Assembly: GCA_964016885.1 (NCBI GenBank)
Contig: OZ024744.1
Span: 102,734,001-102,798,000 of the forward strand
From: Eledone cirrhosa
Taxonomy: Eukaryota
Direction: 5' to 3'
Length of the DNA stretch: 64,000 bases
A program made the position numbers and the translations under genes. Position 1 is the first letter of the stretch. Each line of letters opens with the position of its first letter. This document shows positions 35,435 to 48,130 of this stretch, piece by piece. The notes under the pieces were generated by a model. The model ran no database searches and was not told where the DNA came from. It worked only from the letters and a program-made list of their open reading frames with translations.

Positions 35435-38400
35435 CGAGGGCAGTTGACCTCAACATAAAGCCACCAAACCGTCATTTCTTCATTAAGGACCTTAGGTCGG
35501 GAAGAGGTTTCCTCGTGGATACAGGAGCCTCCTGTAGTATTTGGCCGGTCCATTGCCTGAAAGATACCCCCGTAGAGTCATCCGTTACTCTACAGGCCGT
35601 TAATCACTCATCTATAAAGACGTACGGGCAAATCTCGCTTCCTCTCAAATTCCTAAATCTTCATAGGGATTTTAAGTGGATTTTTACGGTTGCCAATTTG
35701 CCATACCCTATCTTAGGAGCAGATTTCCTCCACAACTTCTCTTTGACTGTGGACGTCCGTGGCCAATGCCTGGTGAGTGACATCACCGGTTTCTCAATTC
35801 GTGGCCGGAAAGCCAATGCTCCAACAGTCAGCCCCATATTCATCGCTGCCGCTGGAGACGCCTACCATTCGTTGTTAGGTTCTTTCCCGGAGCTCACCGA
35901 TGGAAATTTTCGAGTCACTGAGCCAACACACTCAACTGAACATTTCATTTCCACCACCGGTGCTCCAGTGTTTTCGCGTCCACACCGCTTACCGGCGGAC
36001 AAATTAAAGGCAGCACGGTCCGAGTTTGACCATATGCTGCAGCTGGGCATTATTCGCCCATCTATGAGTCCTTGGGCTTCACCGTTACACATGGTGCCTA
36101 AGACTTCTGGCGGCTGGAGACCCACTGGGGATTATAGGAGGTTAAATGCTATGACTGTCCCGGATAGGTATCCCATTCCCCATCTCCAGGATTTCGCATC
36201 TTCATTGCAGGGGTGTAAGATTTTCTCAAAACTAGATTTAGTGCGAGCCTACCACCAATTCCGAAAACGGCGATTACAACTCCTTTCGGATCCTTCGAAT
36301 TTTTGACCATGCCTTTCGGACTCAGGAACGCCGCTAGCACTTTTCAGCGGTTCATAGACGAAGTCACTCGTGGTCTAGACTTCGTTTATGGTTACATAGA
36401 CGATCTTCTCGTCGCTAGTTCCTCTCTGGAAGAGCATATGCGCCACATGAATCTCTTATTTCGGCGACTTCAGGATTACCGCGTTCATGTGAATCCCGCA
36501 AAGTGTGTTTTCGGTTCCACTTCGCTACATTTTTTAGGCCACCTCATCGACGCCGAAGGTATTAGGCCGCTCCCTCAGTGAGTTCAAGCCATACAGGATT
36601 TACCTCCGCCTACTACACTTCACCAGTTACGTCACTTCTTAGGCCTAATCAATTTCTATAGGCGTTTCGTTCCTCATTGTGCTAATTTGCTATCTTCCCT
36701 TACTGACATTTTGAAAAATCGTCGTAAGAAGAATGAGGATATTTCCTTGACACAAGGATAGCTTCAAGACTTCCAGACTGCCAAGACAGCACTCGCTAGT
36801 TCATCTTTGCTAGCCCACCCGGTACCAGAGGCCAAGCTTTCGCTTTGTGTTGATGCATCTGATACCGCTGTGGGAGCAGTTTTACAACAGTATAATGCTG
36901 GAAACCAACAACCTTTTGCATTTTTCTCAAGGAAGCTGAAACCAGCAGAAACGCGTTACAGCATGTTTGGGCGGGAATTATTAGCCATATATCTGTCGGT
37001 GAAACATTTCTCTCATATTCTTGAGGGGAGAAATTTTACTATTTTAACCGACCACAAACCTCTGACCTTCGCTTTGAGGGCTAAAGCCGACAGATATTCG
37101 CCCAGAGAGACAAGGCACCTGGATTATGTTTCGCAATTTACAAATGATATCCAGCACATTGCTGGCTCACATAACATAGCTGCAGATGCATTGTCACGTT
37201 TGCCAATCAGCTCCATCTCGTCATCCCAGGAGATCGACTTAGGTCGTTTAGCTGCAGACCAACCTGCACTCCAATCGTTGGATACTCTTTCTGCCGAATT
37301 TGCGACTTGCATCTTCAAATATCTGCCCTTGTCGACCACTGACAAGCAGATTCTATGTGATGTATCTACGGATTCACCACGACCATTTGTTCCTGAGACT
37401 CACCGTCGAATTGTGTTCCCTGCTTTGCACAGCATTTCTCACACTGGAATTTCTGCCACAGTAAAGCTTATAACGGCTAGATTTTTCTGGCCCAATATGA
37501 GGCGAGAAATTACTGTCTGGTGCCGTTCCTGCACACAGTGTCAGAGATCTAAAATCCACAGACACATCCGGACTCCACTTGGTACTTTCAGTACTCCAGA
37601 TGCTCGGTTTCAACACATCCACATTGATATCGTTGGACCTTGGCCATTCAGCAGTGGATATTCGTACCTCTTGACCTGTATCGATCGTTTTTCGCGATGG
37701 CCTGAAGCCATCCCCTTAAAAGATATAACTGCTGAGACTGTAGCACGTCCCCTGGTTTCAGGGTGGATTACCCGCTTTGGGGTACCAACTACAGTCACCA
37801 CAGACCATGGTAGACAAGTTGAGTCTCATCTCTTCTCTGAGCTGACAAAGATCTTTGGTGCTCAACGTATTCGGACCACAGCTTATCATCCTGCTTCAAA
37901 CGGAATGGTGGAACGATTCCACCGCCAATTAAAGGCCGCTCTTCCCGCCTATCCAGACTCTCAACGTTGGAGCGAGTACCTTCCTATTGTGTTATTAGGA
38001 ATTCGGTCATCAATAAAGGAGGACCTTGGCTTCTCCCCGGCCGAATTACTGTATGGTGCTCCTCTAACGTTGCCTGGGCAAATGCTTGCTCCTGTTGATC
38101 TTGCTTTCCAGGACCCTGTTTCCTATATATCTCGTTTGCGCTCCTATTTTCAGGACTTACCGCCCATGAATACTAGGAAACAAACTATTAAAGCTGCAGT
38201 CCCGAGGGATATTGTCTCGTGGACACATCTATTCGTCAGAAACGGTGCGGTTACTCCACCCCTCACACAACCGTACTCTGGACCCTACCGTGTGTTATCA
38301 CGTACTGACAAACATTTCACTGTAGACATTAAGGGGTCCAGAGAGACAATTTCGGTGGATAGACTAAAAAGGGCATACAGTGACGCTCATAAACCCGAGC

Positions 38401-38537
38401 CACAAATACCCCAATCTTTCTCTCTTGTGCATACACCTGCTCCTTCTGCCCCACCTTCACCTACATACAAGACCACGACCCGTTCCGGTCAAAGGGTCCA
38501 CTGGCCAAAAAAACTCTGCCAAACTGTTTTCATGTGA
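35410..38537 (+). pseudogene. pol: Gypsy pol with a frameshifting deletion (about 36260) and stops (36579, about 36760)
   Basis: [54 protein letters not shown]. Clear paralogue of element 1 pol. Confidence 0.95.
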
Positions 38538-38684
38538 ACTGGCCACTGGAGCCTTTTTTTTGTTCTTCTCTTTATTGTATTACCATGTACCTTTTCGTTA
38601 CTATTTCATGCCTGTGCTGGGAGCCCATGCTTGTAGGTTCGCTACAGTTACCTTCGGGCTTTTCGCCTAGCGTCTGGAGGGTTC

Positions 38685-39172
38685 TGTAGCGGCCCCTTAC
38701 GGCTGTAACTCACCACATATAGGAGTTGCGTCCCTTTGCAACTCCCAGTGGCAGATACGTATAGGAGTTGCGTCCCTTTGTGACGGTCGCAACTCTCTGT
38801 GGCAGATCCATGTACTAAATGGAGTTGCGTCCCCCATGGGGACTATATATTTGAGGACAATCAAGGCATAACTCTCTCGCATCCTGAACTTCGAAGGAAC
38901 AAGAAGAACACCTCAGATCTTGTCAAGAGATGACTCCTGTTTCACTTCCTGCGCCGGCAGCCTAAAGAAACACTTGAATCTTACCAAGAGAAGATTTCTG
39001 TTCTTCTCTACACACTCCAGTCTGGGAGTTGTGACCAACTGAACATCAACATGTGGTAACAATTATTTATATTAATTTATTTGACTTCTGTGAAGTAAAA
39101 CCATGTCACAACTCTCACCTGCATTTATTGTCATTCTTGATAATATATATGCACTGATACTAATATCCTAAA
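38685..39172 (+). repeat. 3' LTR of Gypsy element 2
   Basis: Direct repeat of 34164-34648. Confidence 0.95.
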
Positions 39173-39194
39173 ACACCAACAAACATTTCTCTTT

Positions 39195-39320
39195 TATACG
39201 TTCTGAGTTCAAATACCGTCGAGGTTCACTCTGCCTTTCATCCTTACGGGGTCGATAAAATAAAGTACCAGTAATGTACTGCGATAATTGCTGGCCTTGT
39301 GCCAAAAGTAGAAACAATTA
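39195..39320 (+). repeat. tRNA-derived SINE fragment (other copies at 54578-54712 minus and a degenerate one at 19800-19935)
   Basis: B-box-like gagttcaaatacc, then gcctttcatcc....gggtcgataaaataaagtaccagt and ctggccttgtgccaaa.gtagaaacaatta. Confidence 0.7.
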
Positions 39321-39339
39321 TTTATAGATATAGATATAT

Positions 39340-41390
39340 ATGGCTTCCGATACTGAACGGAATAAAACCCGAAAATACTGGGAACTATCAAACAATTATT
39401 TTTTCCAGACTGTGGTGGTCGAGACATTTGGTAGAATTGAGCAGCTAACAGGAAAGTTCTTGTCATCGTTGGTGGCTCGCTTTACCGAGGTATCAGTTGA
39501 TTTCCGTGAGGGTGTCTGGTTGTTTCAGCACCTTAACCCTGCCATCACCATACCGAGGTATCAGTTGATTCCCGTGAGGGTGCTTGGTTGTTTCTGCACC
39601 TTAACCCTGCCATCACCATACCGAGGTATCAGTTGATTCCCGTGAGGGTGTCTGGTTGTATCTGCACCTTAACCCTGCCATCACCTTACCGAGGTATCAG
39701 TTGATTCCCGTGAGGGTGTCTGGTTGTTTCTGCACCTTAACCCTGCCATCACCTTACCGAGGTATCAGTTGACTCCCGTGAGGGTGTCTGGTTGTTTCAG
39801 CACCTTAACCCTGCCATCACCATACCGAGGTATCAGTTGATTCCCGTGAGGGTGTCTGGTTGTATCTGCACCTTAACCCTGCCATCACCATACCGAGGTA
39901 TCAGTTGATTCCCGTGAGGGTGTCTGGTTGTATCTGCACCTTAACCCTGCCATCACCTTACCGAGGTATCAGTTGATTCCCGTGAGGGTGTCTGGTTGTA
40001 TCTGCACCTTAACCCTGCCATCACCTTACCGAGGTATCAGTTGATTCCCGTGAGGGTGTCTGGTTGTTTCAGCACCTTAACCCTGCCATCACCTTACCGA
40101 GGTATCAGTTGATTCCCGTGAGGGTGCTTGGTTGTTTCTGCACCTTAACCCTGCCATCACCTTACCGAGGTATCAGTTGATTCCCGTGAGGGTGTCTGGT
40201 TGTTTCAGCACCTTAACCCTGCCATCACCATACCGAGGTATCAGTTGATTCCCGTGAGGGTGTCTGGTTGTTTCTGCACCTTAACCCTGCCATCACCTTA
40301 CCGAGGTATCAGTTGATTCCCGTGAGGGTGCTTGGTTGTTTCAGCACCTTAACCCTGCCATCACCTTACCGAGGTATCAGTTGATTCCCGTGAGGGTGTC
40401 TGGTTGTATCAGCACCTTACCGAGGTATCAGTTGATTCCCGTGAGGGTGCTTGGTTGTTTCAGTGTCTTAGCCTCGCCATCACCTTACCGAGGTATCAGT
40501 TGATTCCCGTGAGGGTGCTTGGTTGTTTCTGCACCTTAACCCTGCCATCACCTTATCGAGGTATCAGTTGATTCCCGTGAGGGTGTCTGGTTGTTTCTGC
40601 ACCTTAACCCTGCCATCACCATACCGAGGTATCAGTTGACTCCCGTGAGGGTGCTTGGTTGTTTCAGTGTCTTAGCCTCGCCATCAACCGGCCTTACCGA
40701 GGTATCAGTTGATTCCTGTGAGGGTGCTTGGTTGTTTCAGTGTCTTAGCCTCGCCATCACCTGGCCTTACCAAGGTATCAGGTGATGCCTGTGAAGGTGT
40801 CTGGTTGTTTCAGTGTCTTAGCCTCGCCATCAACCGGCGTTACCGAGGTATCAGTTGATTCTCGTGAGGGTGCTTGTTTGTTTCAGTGTCTTAGCCTCGC
40901 CATCACCTGACCTTACCAAGGTATCAGGTGATGCCTGTGAAGGTGTCTGGTTGTTTCAGTGCCTTAGCCTCGCGATCAACCGGCCTTACCGTGGTATCAG
41001 TTAATTCCCGTGAGGGTGCTTGTTTGTTTCAGCACCTTAACCCTGCTATCACCTTACTGAGGTATCAGGTGATTCCCGTCAGAGTGCCTGGTTGTCTCGG
41101 TTTCTTAGCCTCGCCATCACCCGCAGTAATGCTGCCAGTGTCTTGGCTTGCCTCAAAATATTCCGTTGACCCTTGTGAAGTCGTACTTGGTGAATTGATG
41201 GTAGTTTTTCATTTCGTTTTCCTTTTTTCTTTCTCTCGCTTTGATCGTATATTTTGGTGCGAAATATTTGTGAGGTTCCTGGCTATAGTTAATTATATAT
41301 ATTATATGTGTTTATATTTTCATCCTGAAAGATTTGTGAGCAATTGTAATGTTATTTATACATCTTTAAGAAATAAAATTATATTTCGTT
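39340..41390 (+). mobile_element. CRE-like LINE 3' end whose C-terminal coding segment is amplified in tandem
   Basis: K.RKY.ELS..YFFQTVVVETFG..FLSSLVARFTEVS.D.REG.WLFQ.L..AIT, resuming as RSNAASVLA at about 41120. Homologous to 32470-32680(-). Confidence 0.8.
39485..41122. repeat. 68-bp tandem array, about 24 units
   Basis: Unit ccgaggtatcagttgattcccgtgagggtgtctggttgtttcagcaccttaaccctgccatcacc(a/t)ta at 39485, 39553, ...; longer variant units at the 3' end. Confidence 0.95.
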
Positions 41391-42115
41391 AGTGTGTTAT
41401 TTAAAAATTACAAAATAGTTTCGTTATAACTTACCTTGCAATGAATCAATATATTCACTCTCAGATAACATTTCAGGCTCAATGCAACTGACGCAGAATT
41501 CAGCAAAACGTAGTAATAGTGAATACAAACTTGATCGACAGGTCTTATCCTCATCTTCTTCCTCACTCATAATGGAAAAACAAGTGTTTAGACAGAAAAA
41601 CTCATTCGACGTGTAGAACGAGAAGAAATAATTGAAATCTATGTTTTAATGGCTACGGCGTTCCTAGTGATTTTCAACTTTGAATTGCTTGGCGTCTTTT
41701 TATTAGCGTCTCCCCCCTCCACCTAATATATATACTTTCTTATTCTATAACATAAATATTCCCTTCAAGGTTTGGACATGTTACTGAAATGGAGCTTTTA
41801 ACCTCCAGATTGACTGGGCCCTGGCATATAATCCTGCTGCCCTCTACTTCTCCCTCTCCATATATATATGTAATGGATAAGTGAATAGATGGAATTGTTG
41901 GTATGATGGTTTCAATACAAAGAATAATACCAGGATTGTGTTGTTACAAAGTTTATTTTATTATAACAATATTCAATTTGAATAATGAATATTGAATGAT
42001 AAAATCTATAACATGAAATATTCGTACAATAATTTGGTGGCTCTTCGAGCCACATAAATACAAGTATGACAGAATACGATTATAAGATAATTTGTATTGT
42101 ATCTGAAAGATACAA

Positions 42116-45100
42116 TGTGACAGAAATGGTGCGTATAAAAATGCAAGCAGTGTGAACTTATTGTGTGTGCGTGTGTGCGTATTAGTATGCTTTCTTGTTT
42201 TAACAGTAGTAGTAATCACTCAGCCAGGCATGTGAGAAGTTAGTAGGCAGACGTTTTTCATGACTAGAGCGTGTAAACACGACCTGCCTTATCTGTAGTC
42301 CACTTTTTCTGCCAGGGCGTAAACAACCCCTGTATTTATAACGGTTGAAGTTAGAAGGATAGATATATCCTCTGACCTTTGGTTAGAATCTCCCAAGGGG
42401 TTGGTCTGCTAGTCGTAAATAACTCAGAAGGATGGATATATCATCTGACCTATTTTCTGCCAGGTATAAACAACCTCTGACCTGTTTTTAGCATCTCCAA
42501 AGGGGTTGGTCTGACGGGCGTAAACAACTAACCACGGCTTGGCCCAGAGGCGGGAAATCTCAGATTCGGTTTCGAATCTTCGCCGCTGTTATCGTATCCC
42601 CCCTTCCAGTGAGAAAACTAAGATTGAACGATCTAGGTGCATGTGAAATGAAGATAGGTATGACTAGATCTGTTGTTGAAGAAAATCAGTAAAAAAAAAA
42701 TACATGAAAGTCATTTACAAACAGGCGAAATGAAAGAAAACATGCAAAGCAAAAGAAATTTACATGCAGGAAAGCACTGTGATGTTACATAATATTGAAA
42801 ATGTTCGTACAAAAAGTTTGTTGATTAACAGTTTGTTCATTTCATAGAAACGGAAAAATGTTCTTTTGTCTGTTCTTTTGATGTGTGTGATGCACAGAGT
42901 TAATTGATTTGTGTGTAGCAATAGTTCATGACCACAGAAATTGGCCGATTCGTTGAAATGTACAAATTAGCCGAAATGTCAACGAGATGCATAATTTGTA
43001 CTTATCCGATAAACTTGTACGTATCGCGTGGGCCATCGAACTGTTCTTCCAGATTTGGTGTGTCAGGGTTGTGCAGAATTTGTTGTGTTTGTGTCGGGCA
43101 AAGTTGTTGGTGAGTCTGCTGGAGAAACGGTGGGTACTGGTGGCAAATCCTGTTCTATGAAAGCTTTTTTTAAACGATCAATGGAGACAGTATTTCGTTT
43201 CCCGTTCAAGTCGAGGACGAAATACTCAGGGCGTTTCTGTATCACCTTATAGGGCCTGGAATACGGCGGAGGAAATTGCGATGGAATACCGTCATTTTTA
43301 ACGAAAATATGCGTCCATATATCGATGTCTTTTGGTATGTGTGAAGTAACGTGCTGTTGTTTAGGGGCTGAAGGAGACAGATGTGACATCGATGACCGTA
43401 AACGGTGCACATATTTTGTTGAGTCTGGAAGTTCTTGTAGCAAAACAGAAGCGATCATTTGTCCGGGTAGAGTGAGTACAGTGCCATAAACCATTTCAGC
43501 CAGAGAATGTCCAACTCCCTCCTTAACAGTGGAACGAATACCGAGAAGAATGAGTGGGAGGTATTCGAACTAGTTAGTGGAGTCTGCGTAAACCTTGATG
43601 GCTGATTTTGGCTGATGGTGGAAGCGTTCTACCATGCCGTTAGCGGCAGGGTGATACTCTGTTGTACGGATGTTTACACCCGAGGAGACGAGTCAGCTCG
43701 GTAGTGATGGTGGCGGGTGTGCCGAAACGCAAAACCCAGTGAAACACTAGCATTTTAGCGACAGTTTCCGCAGTAATATCCGTCAGGGGAAAAGCTTCTG
43801 GCCAGCGAGAAAATAGGTTGACACAGGTGAGAAGATAAGTGTAGTTGTGAGAAGGAGGCAAAGGTCCAATGATGTTTATGTGCACATGTTGGAACCGTGC
43901 ATCAGGTGTTGCGAAAGAACCGATTGGGGCTTTGATGTGCCAGTGAATTTTCGCCTTCTGGCACGTAATACAGTTCCTAGCCCATTCACGGGTGTCCTTG
44001 TTGATGTTGGGCCACACAAAGCGGGCAACCATCAGTTTCTGCGTGGCATGGACGCCAGGGTGTGCCAGAGAATACAGTGCCAAAAAACGTTGCGTCGATG
44101 TTTCCGGGGCATGTATGGGCGCTCGTGGCCTGTTGAGATGTCGCACCAAATATAACCTGAAGAGGGTAGCGGGCATTCCTGCAATTTCAAGGATGATTTC
44201 CGGAGCTGCAGCAGTTCCTCGTTATTCTGTTGATCTGCTGCAATCTTCTGGAGATCGATAGTGGCAGTGGTGTGGATTGCATTAAACTCCATGCGCGATA
44301 GGGCATCAGCTGCTGAGTTGGTGGCACCCTTAATGTACTGAATATCAGTAGTGTACTGAGAAATGAAATCCAGATGTCGGACCTCTCTGGGTGAGTGTCG
44401 GTCAGACTTGGCGTTGAACGAGTACAGTAGTGGTTTGTGGTCGGTGTATATGGAGAACACTCGACCTTCTAGCATGTGTTGAAAATGGTTGACAGCAAGG
44501 TATGCTGCCAATAATTCACGGCTGAATGTGCTGTACTTAGTTTTGGCGGGTTTTAATCGCTTAGAGAAAAAAGATACAGGTTGCCAAATATCGCCAGAGA
44601 GTTGTTGAAGCACACCTCCAACTCCGAAATCGGATGCATCAGTCAATAAACACATTGGGGCATCAGGTTTGGGGTAACTCAGCATTGTAAACTTGGACAA
44701 CATTTTCTTCAACTCAGCGAAAGCGGTTCATTCTTTTTCGCTGAGCTTGATGTTTGTGTTTTTGGTTGTGCACTGCCACAGCAAATCTGTGAGTGGTTGG
44801 GCTGTCTCTGCACAGTGGGGTATAAATCTTCTGTAGAAGTTTACCAGGCCAAGAAATTCTCGCAGTTTGCGGAGAGATGTGGGCTGTGGAAAATCAATGA
44901 TGGATTTGACCTTCTCCTTAAGTGGGCGAATGCCATCTTCGTCAATGATGTGTCCCAGAAAATGAAGGGACGCAACTCTGAACCCACATTTGCTGGAGTT
45001 GATAACAATTCCGTTCTTCATCGTAGACGCTGGCCACCAGTAAGTTGTCGATGTTTGCATATAGAAAAGGTAGACCTCTGGTAACTGTATCAATGAATTG

Positions 45101-45171
45101 TTGGAATGTCCGTGCTGCATTACGCAAACTGAAAGGCATACGCAGAAATTCGAACATTCTAAAGGGTGTTG
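42116..45171 (-). mobile_element. Degenerate, 5'-truncated Gypsy element 3 (RT-RH-IN, long 3' region, probable 3' LTR at about 42116-42596)
   Basis: TPFRMFEFLRMPFSLRNAARTFQ, YANIDNLL, LTDASDFGVGGVLQQ, TDHKPL, HVHINIIGPLP, YSRPY. Polypurine tract ggaaggggggga (minus) at 42597-42607. Confidence 0.88.
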
Positions 45172-45188
45172 ACAACACCCTTTAGAAT

Positions 45189-48130
45189 GTGGTATAACTA
45201 GCTTTTAAAGCCAGGAGGGGCAAATTCGATCTAAAGGGGGCCCACCAATTCCATACGCTCATTTCCATCGGCTGCAAGGAAATATGTTCATACACGCATA
45301 TAGAATAGATAATAATTTATAATAGAGTAGACAGCATCATAGATTACAGAGTTAGCAACTTTATTAACTGAGAAGACGGTGGTCTATCTTCAGAAAAAAA
45401 CAACATCCAATAAAACTAGTTTTGCAATCGATTATTCACCAACAAAAATTCGTATGTACAACAAATCATCCATCTAAAACTTTACTTTCACATTCGAGCA
45501 CATCACTTGTTCTACAGTTCTAATTTGCGATGTTTTACTTTAGAACATTTTTCAATCACGATGCTGAAGTCAATTTTTTCAGCCAGTTCTCGCTCTATGT
45601 ACATCATTGCCAGAGCATTCAACCGCTCTTCACTCATGGTACTACGCAAATAATTCTTTATCAGTTTGAGCCTGCTGAAGGTTCGCTCAGCCTGCGCCGA
45701 GCTAACCGGAATAGTTATGAACATTTTGTATAAGGCAAACACATTCGGATAGGCTCTATCTAAGTCATTAGAAATCATAAACGGAACGATCTCAGAACTC
45801 GATATGGATTTATCTAAACACACTTCCTTGTAAAAATCTTTGAATGATAAATACTCGTTGAAGATAGTGTCATTTTCGATGTCACCCTCGTAGAATTTCA
45901 CAAGATTATCGATTCTCTCTCTATTGCATGTGTCGTCGTCGTCGAAGTGCGCCGGTATCAAGCACGAAAAATCCTTCACTAGATCGTGCAAGTCGGCAAA
46001 ACGTTCGTTAAAGCTACTAATGATTCTATCTAAGATAGTGAAATAAACGTCCCGTTTAAAATGCTGACTCATCGTCTCATGAGGTTCGTCACTGGCATTT
46101 TCATCATGAAAACGCTTGACATTGCTCGGCGAGATTTTTAGCGTCTGATAATGTTTGGTCAAAATATTCATTTGAGCGGATGTCGTCAATTTCTTTTACT
46201 ACATTTTTAATCATGACGTCCGCTGAATATAAGTCGATAGCCTCCTTCTGCAAATATTGAGAAACAGAATGCAGCTTTTTAAGTAAATTCTGAAAAAACT
46301 TCAACATGAAAATGAATTCAAACTTGCTCACATTTAGTAGCAAACCTCTGGCCTCGGCTAATACTTTCGGAGCAGTGTTGCGAACATCCCCACTTACTAT
46401 CCTCTCTAGTGCACTTATTACTACCGGTAAGTTGTTAATGGTAGCCTCTACAGCCTGAATGTGACTAAACCAGCACGTTTCTGAGAGTCTTTTTAATGTT
46501 AATACCGTTGAAGTCAATAGTTTTTCTTGTTCTTCTTCGAGGATTTTCAGCCTTGATGTTAAGAAAACATACAGGCTCTCCAATATACCAAAAAATAATT
46601 TACCATCCACTGACGATTGGCTAGCATCGATTAACATCAGGTTCAGGTTATGAGCGCAACAATGGCCGTAAACAGCTTTCGAAGAACATCTCTCTTTAAC
46701 TCTAGCCTGAAGCCCAGAAATATGGCCGGACATATTCGACGCTCCGTCGTAAGCCTGTCCCCTAATATATTGAGCATCCAATGATAGATCCTGGAAAGGA
46801 ACTTTCATAAGCGTATCGTAAAATGATTCAGTGGCTGCTGATTCTAGTTCACAAAACGACAGGAAATGCTCCTGTGCGTGGCCACTTTTCGATACATATC
46901 GCAGTGACACAGAGCATTGATCCTGATGCGAAATGTCTATTGTGGAATCGACGATGACTGAATAGTATTTTGCCGCTTTCACTTCCGTGATTATTTGTTG
47001 AGTACATTCGTTCGCCAGGTATTCTATGAATTTGTTTTGTAATTTTGGACTTAAGTACATAGGCTGTCTTTTAGTGCACCCAGGCGAAAATAAATGGCTT
47101 TCCAAGATCGTATCATACTTGGCCATCAATTTTAACAATTCAATAAAGTTTCCTTCATTTTCTGATTTGGCGCCAAGTCCAGCATATTCCCTGTGACCGC
47201 TTTTTCGATTCCCTTTTTGAAGTTTGCTATCCCACACTCTGGATTACCCCAAGTCTTCGAGTAAGATTCGGCATTTTTATCAGCAAACAGCCAACAACAA
47301 AATCAATATAGTATGTTGGATTCAGGAGAGTATACTAACCAGTGTCGGTCAACTTTATGGATTCCAGCACACTTTCTCTTGTACTAACTGATGTTGAATT
47401 TTCTGTGGTTCGAGTCGAGAGGGAAATCAGCAAAATTATCTTTCAATCCTGGCTGACAAGGACCAATGGCCATGAGGGCGCGAATTAGAGGTGTCGTCAA
47501 TGGTCTGTCCTTGAAATGTTTCGGGTCGCTTGGATACTTCTCTTGTAAATTCAACATGCACTCTACTGGCTCATGCTCTGGGATTTGTTTTGCCAATGTA
47601 GTTTCCTCTGAATCATTTTCATTTTCAGATTCCGATACAGTCATTTTTCCCTCTATTAAGTTCGGATCTCCAGTTGGAACTACATCTTCAGTGACTACAA
47701 CGGTTGTTGAGATAGTCGATGGACCTGAGGCATCTTCAATGTCAGGTTCTCGTGACTCTCCAGTGCTTTTCTGTTTCTCCAGTTCATCTGACCAGACCGA
47801 CTTGCCGGAAATTCCGGCAATTACGTTGCTTTGGGATACGTCACTACTTGTTGACGAAGACTGTTGACTTTTCAGAAAACTTGTGATTAGATGACATTTC
47901 TTTGCAGATTCTTCCGTGGCAGCTTGTCTAGCTTCTCTCCTCTTTGTTGTTCCAGTTTTGTAAGTTTATTTTAGGCAGCATTGTTAATGAGCACTATATT
48001 GACACTGTTTTCCAGTGGCTTTGTCTTAAAAAAAAAATTCTTCCTTTTTCCTTTTTCTTTTTTTTTCTATAGGTCTTTAAGTGCCGAATTAGCTTGTGAT
48101 TAGAAAGCCACTTCACTTACCGCATTTCTC
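45189..48130 (-). mobile_element. Degenerate hAT transposon (Tip100/ZMYM1-like transposase)
   Basis: WLVYS..YCFCCWLF-like zinc finger, GNFIELLKLMAKYD, YSVIVDSTIDISHQDQ, GQAYDGASNMSG, HCCAHNLNL, ETCW, and the dimerisation domain IPVSSAQAERTFSRLKLIKNYLRSTMSEERLNALA. The 5' boundary is uncertain. Confidence 0.9.

Larger units (their letters stand above)
34164..39172 (+). mobile_element. Gypsy LTR retrotransposon, CsRn1-type, gag-deleted (element 2)
   Basis: LTRs 34164-34648 and 38685-39172 (about 4 substitutions and a 3-bp indel). PBS TGGTGACCTGACGT at 34650. Flanks acaa/acac. Confidence 0.96.

Noticed and set aside
39195-39320. tRNA gene
   Set aside because: Only a B-box-like remnant within a SINE; no cloverleaf.
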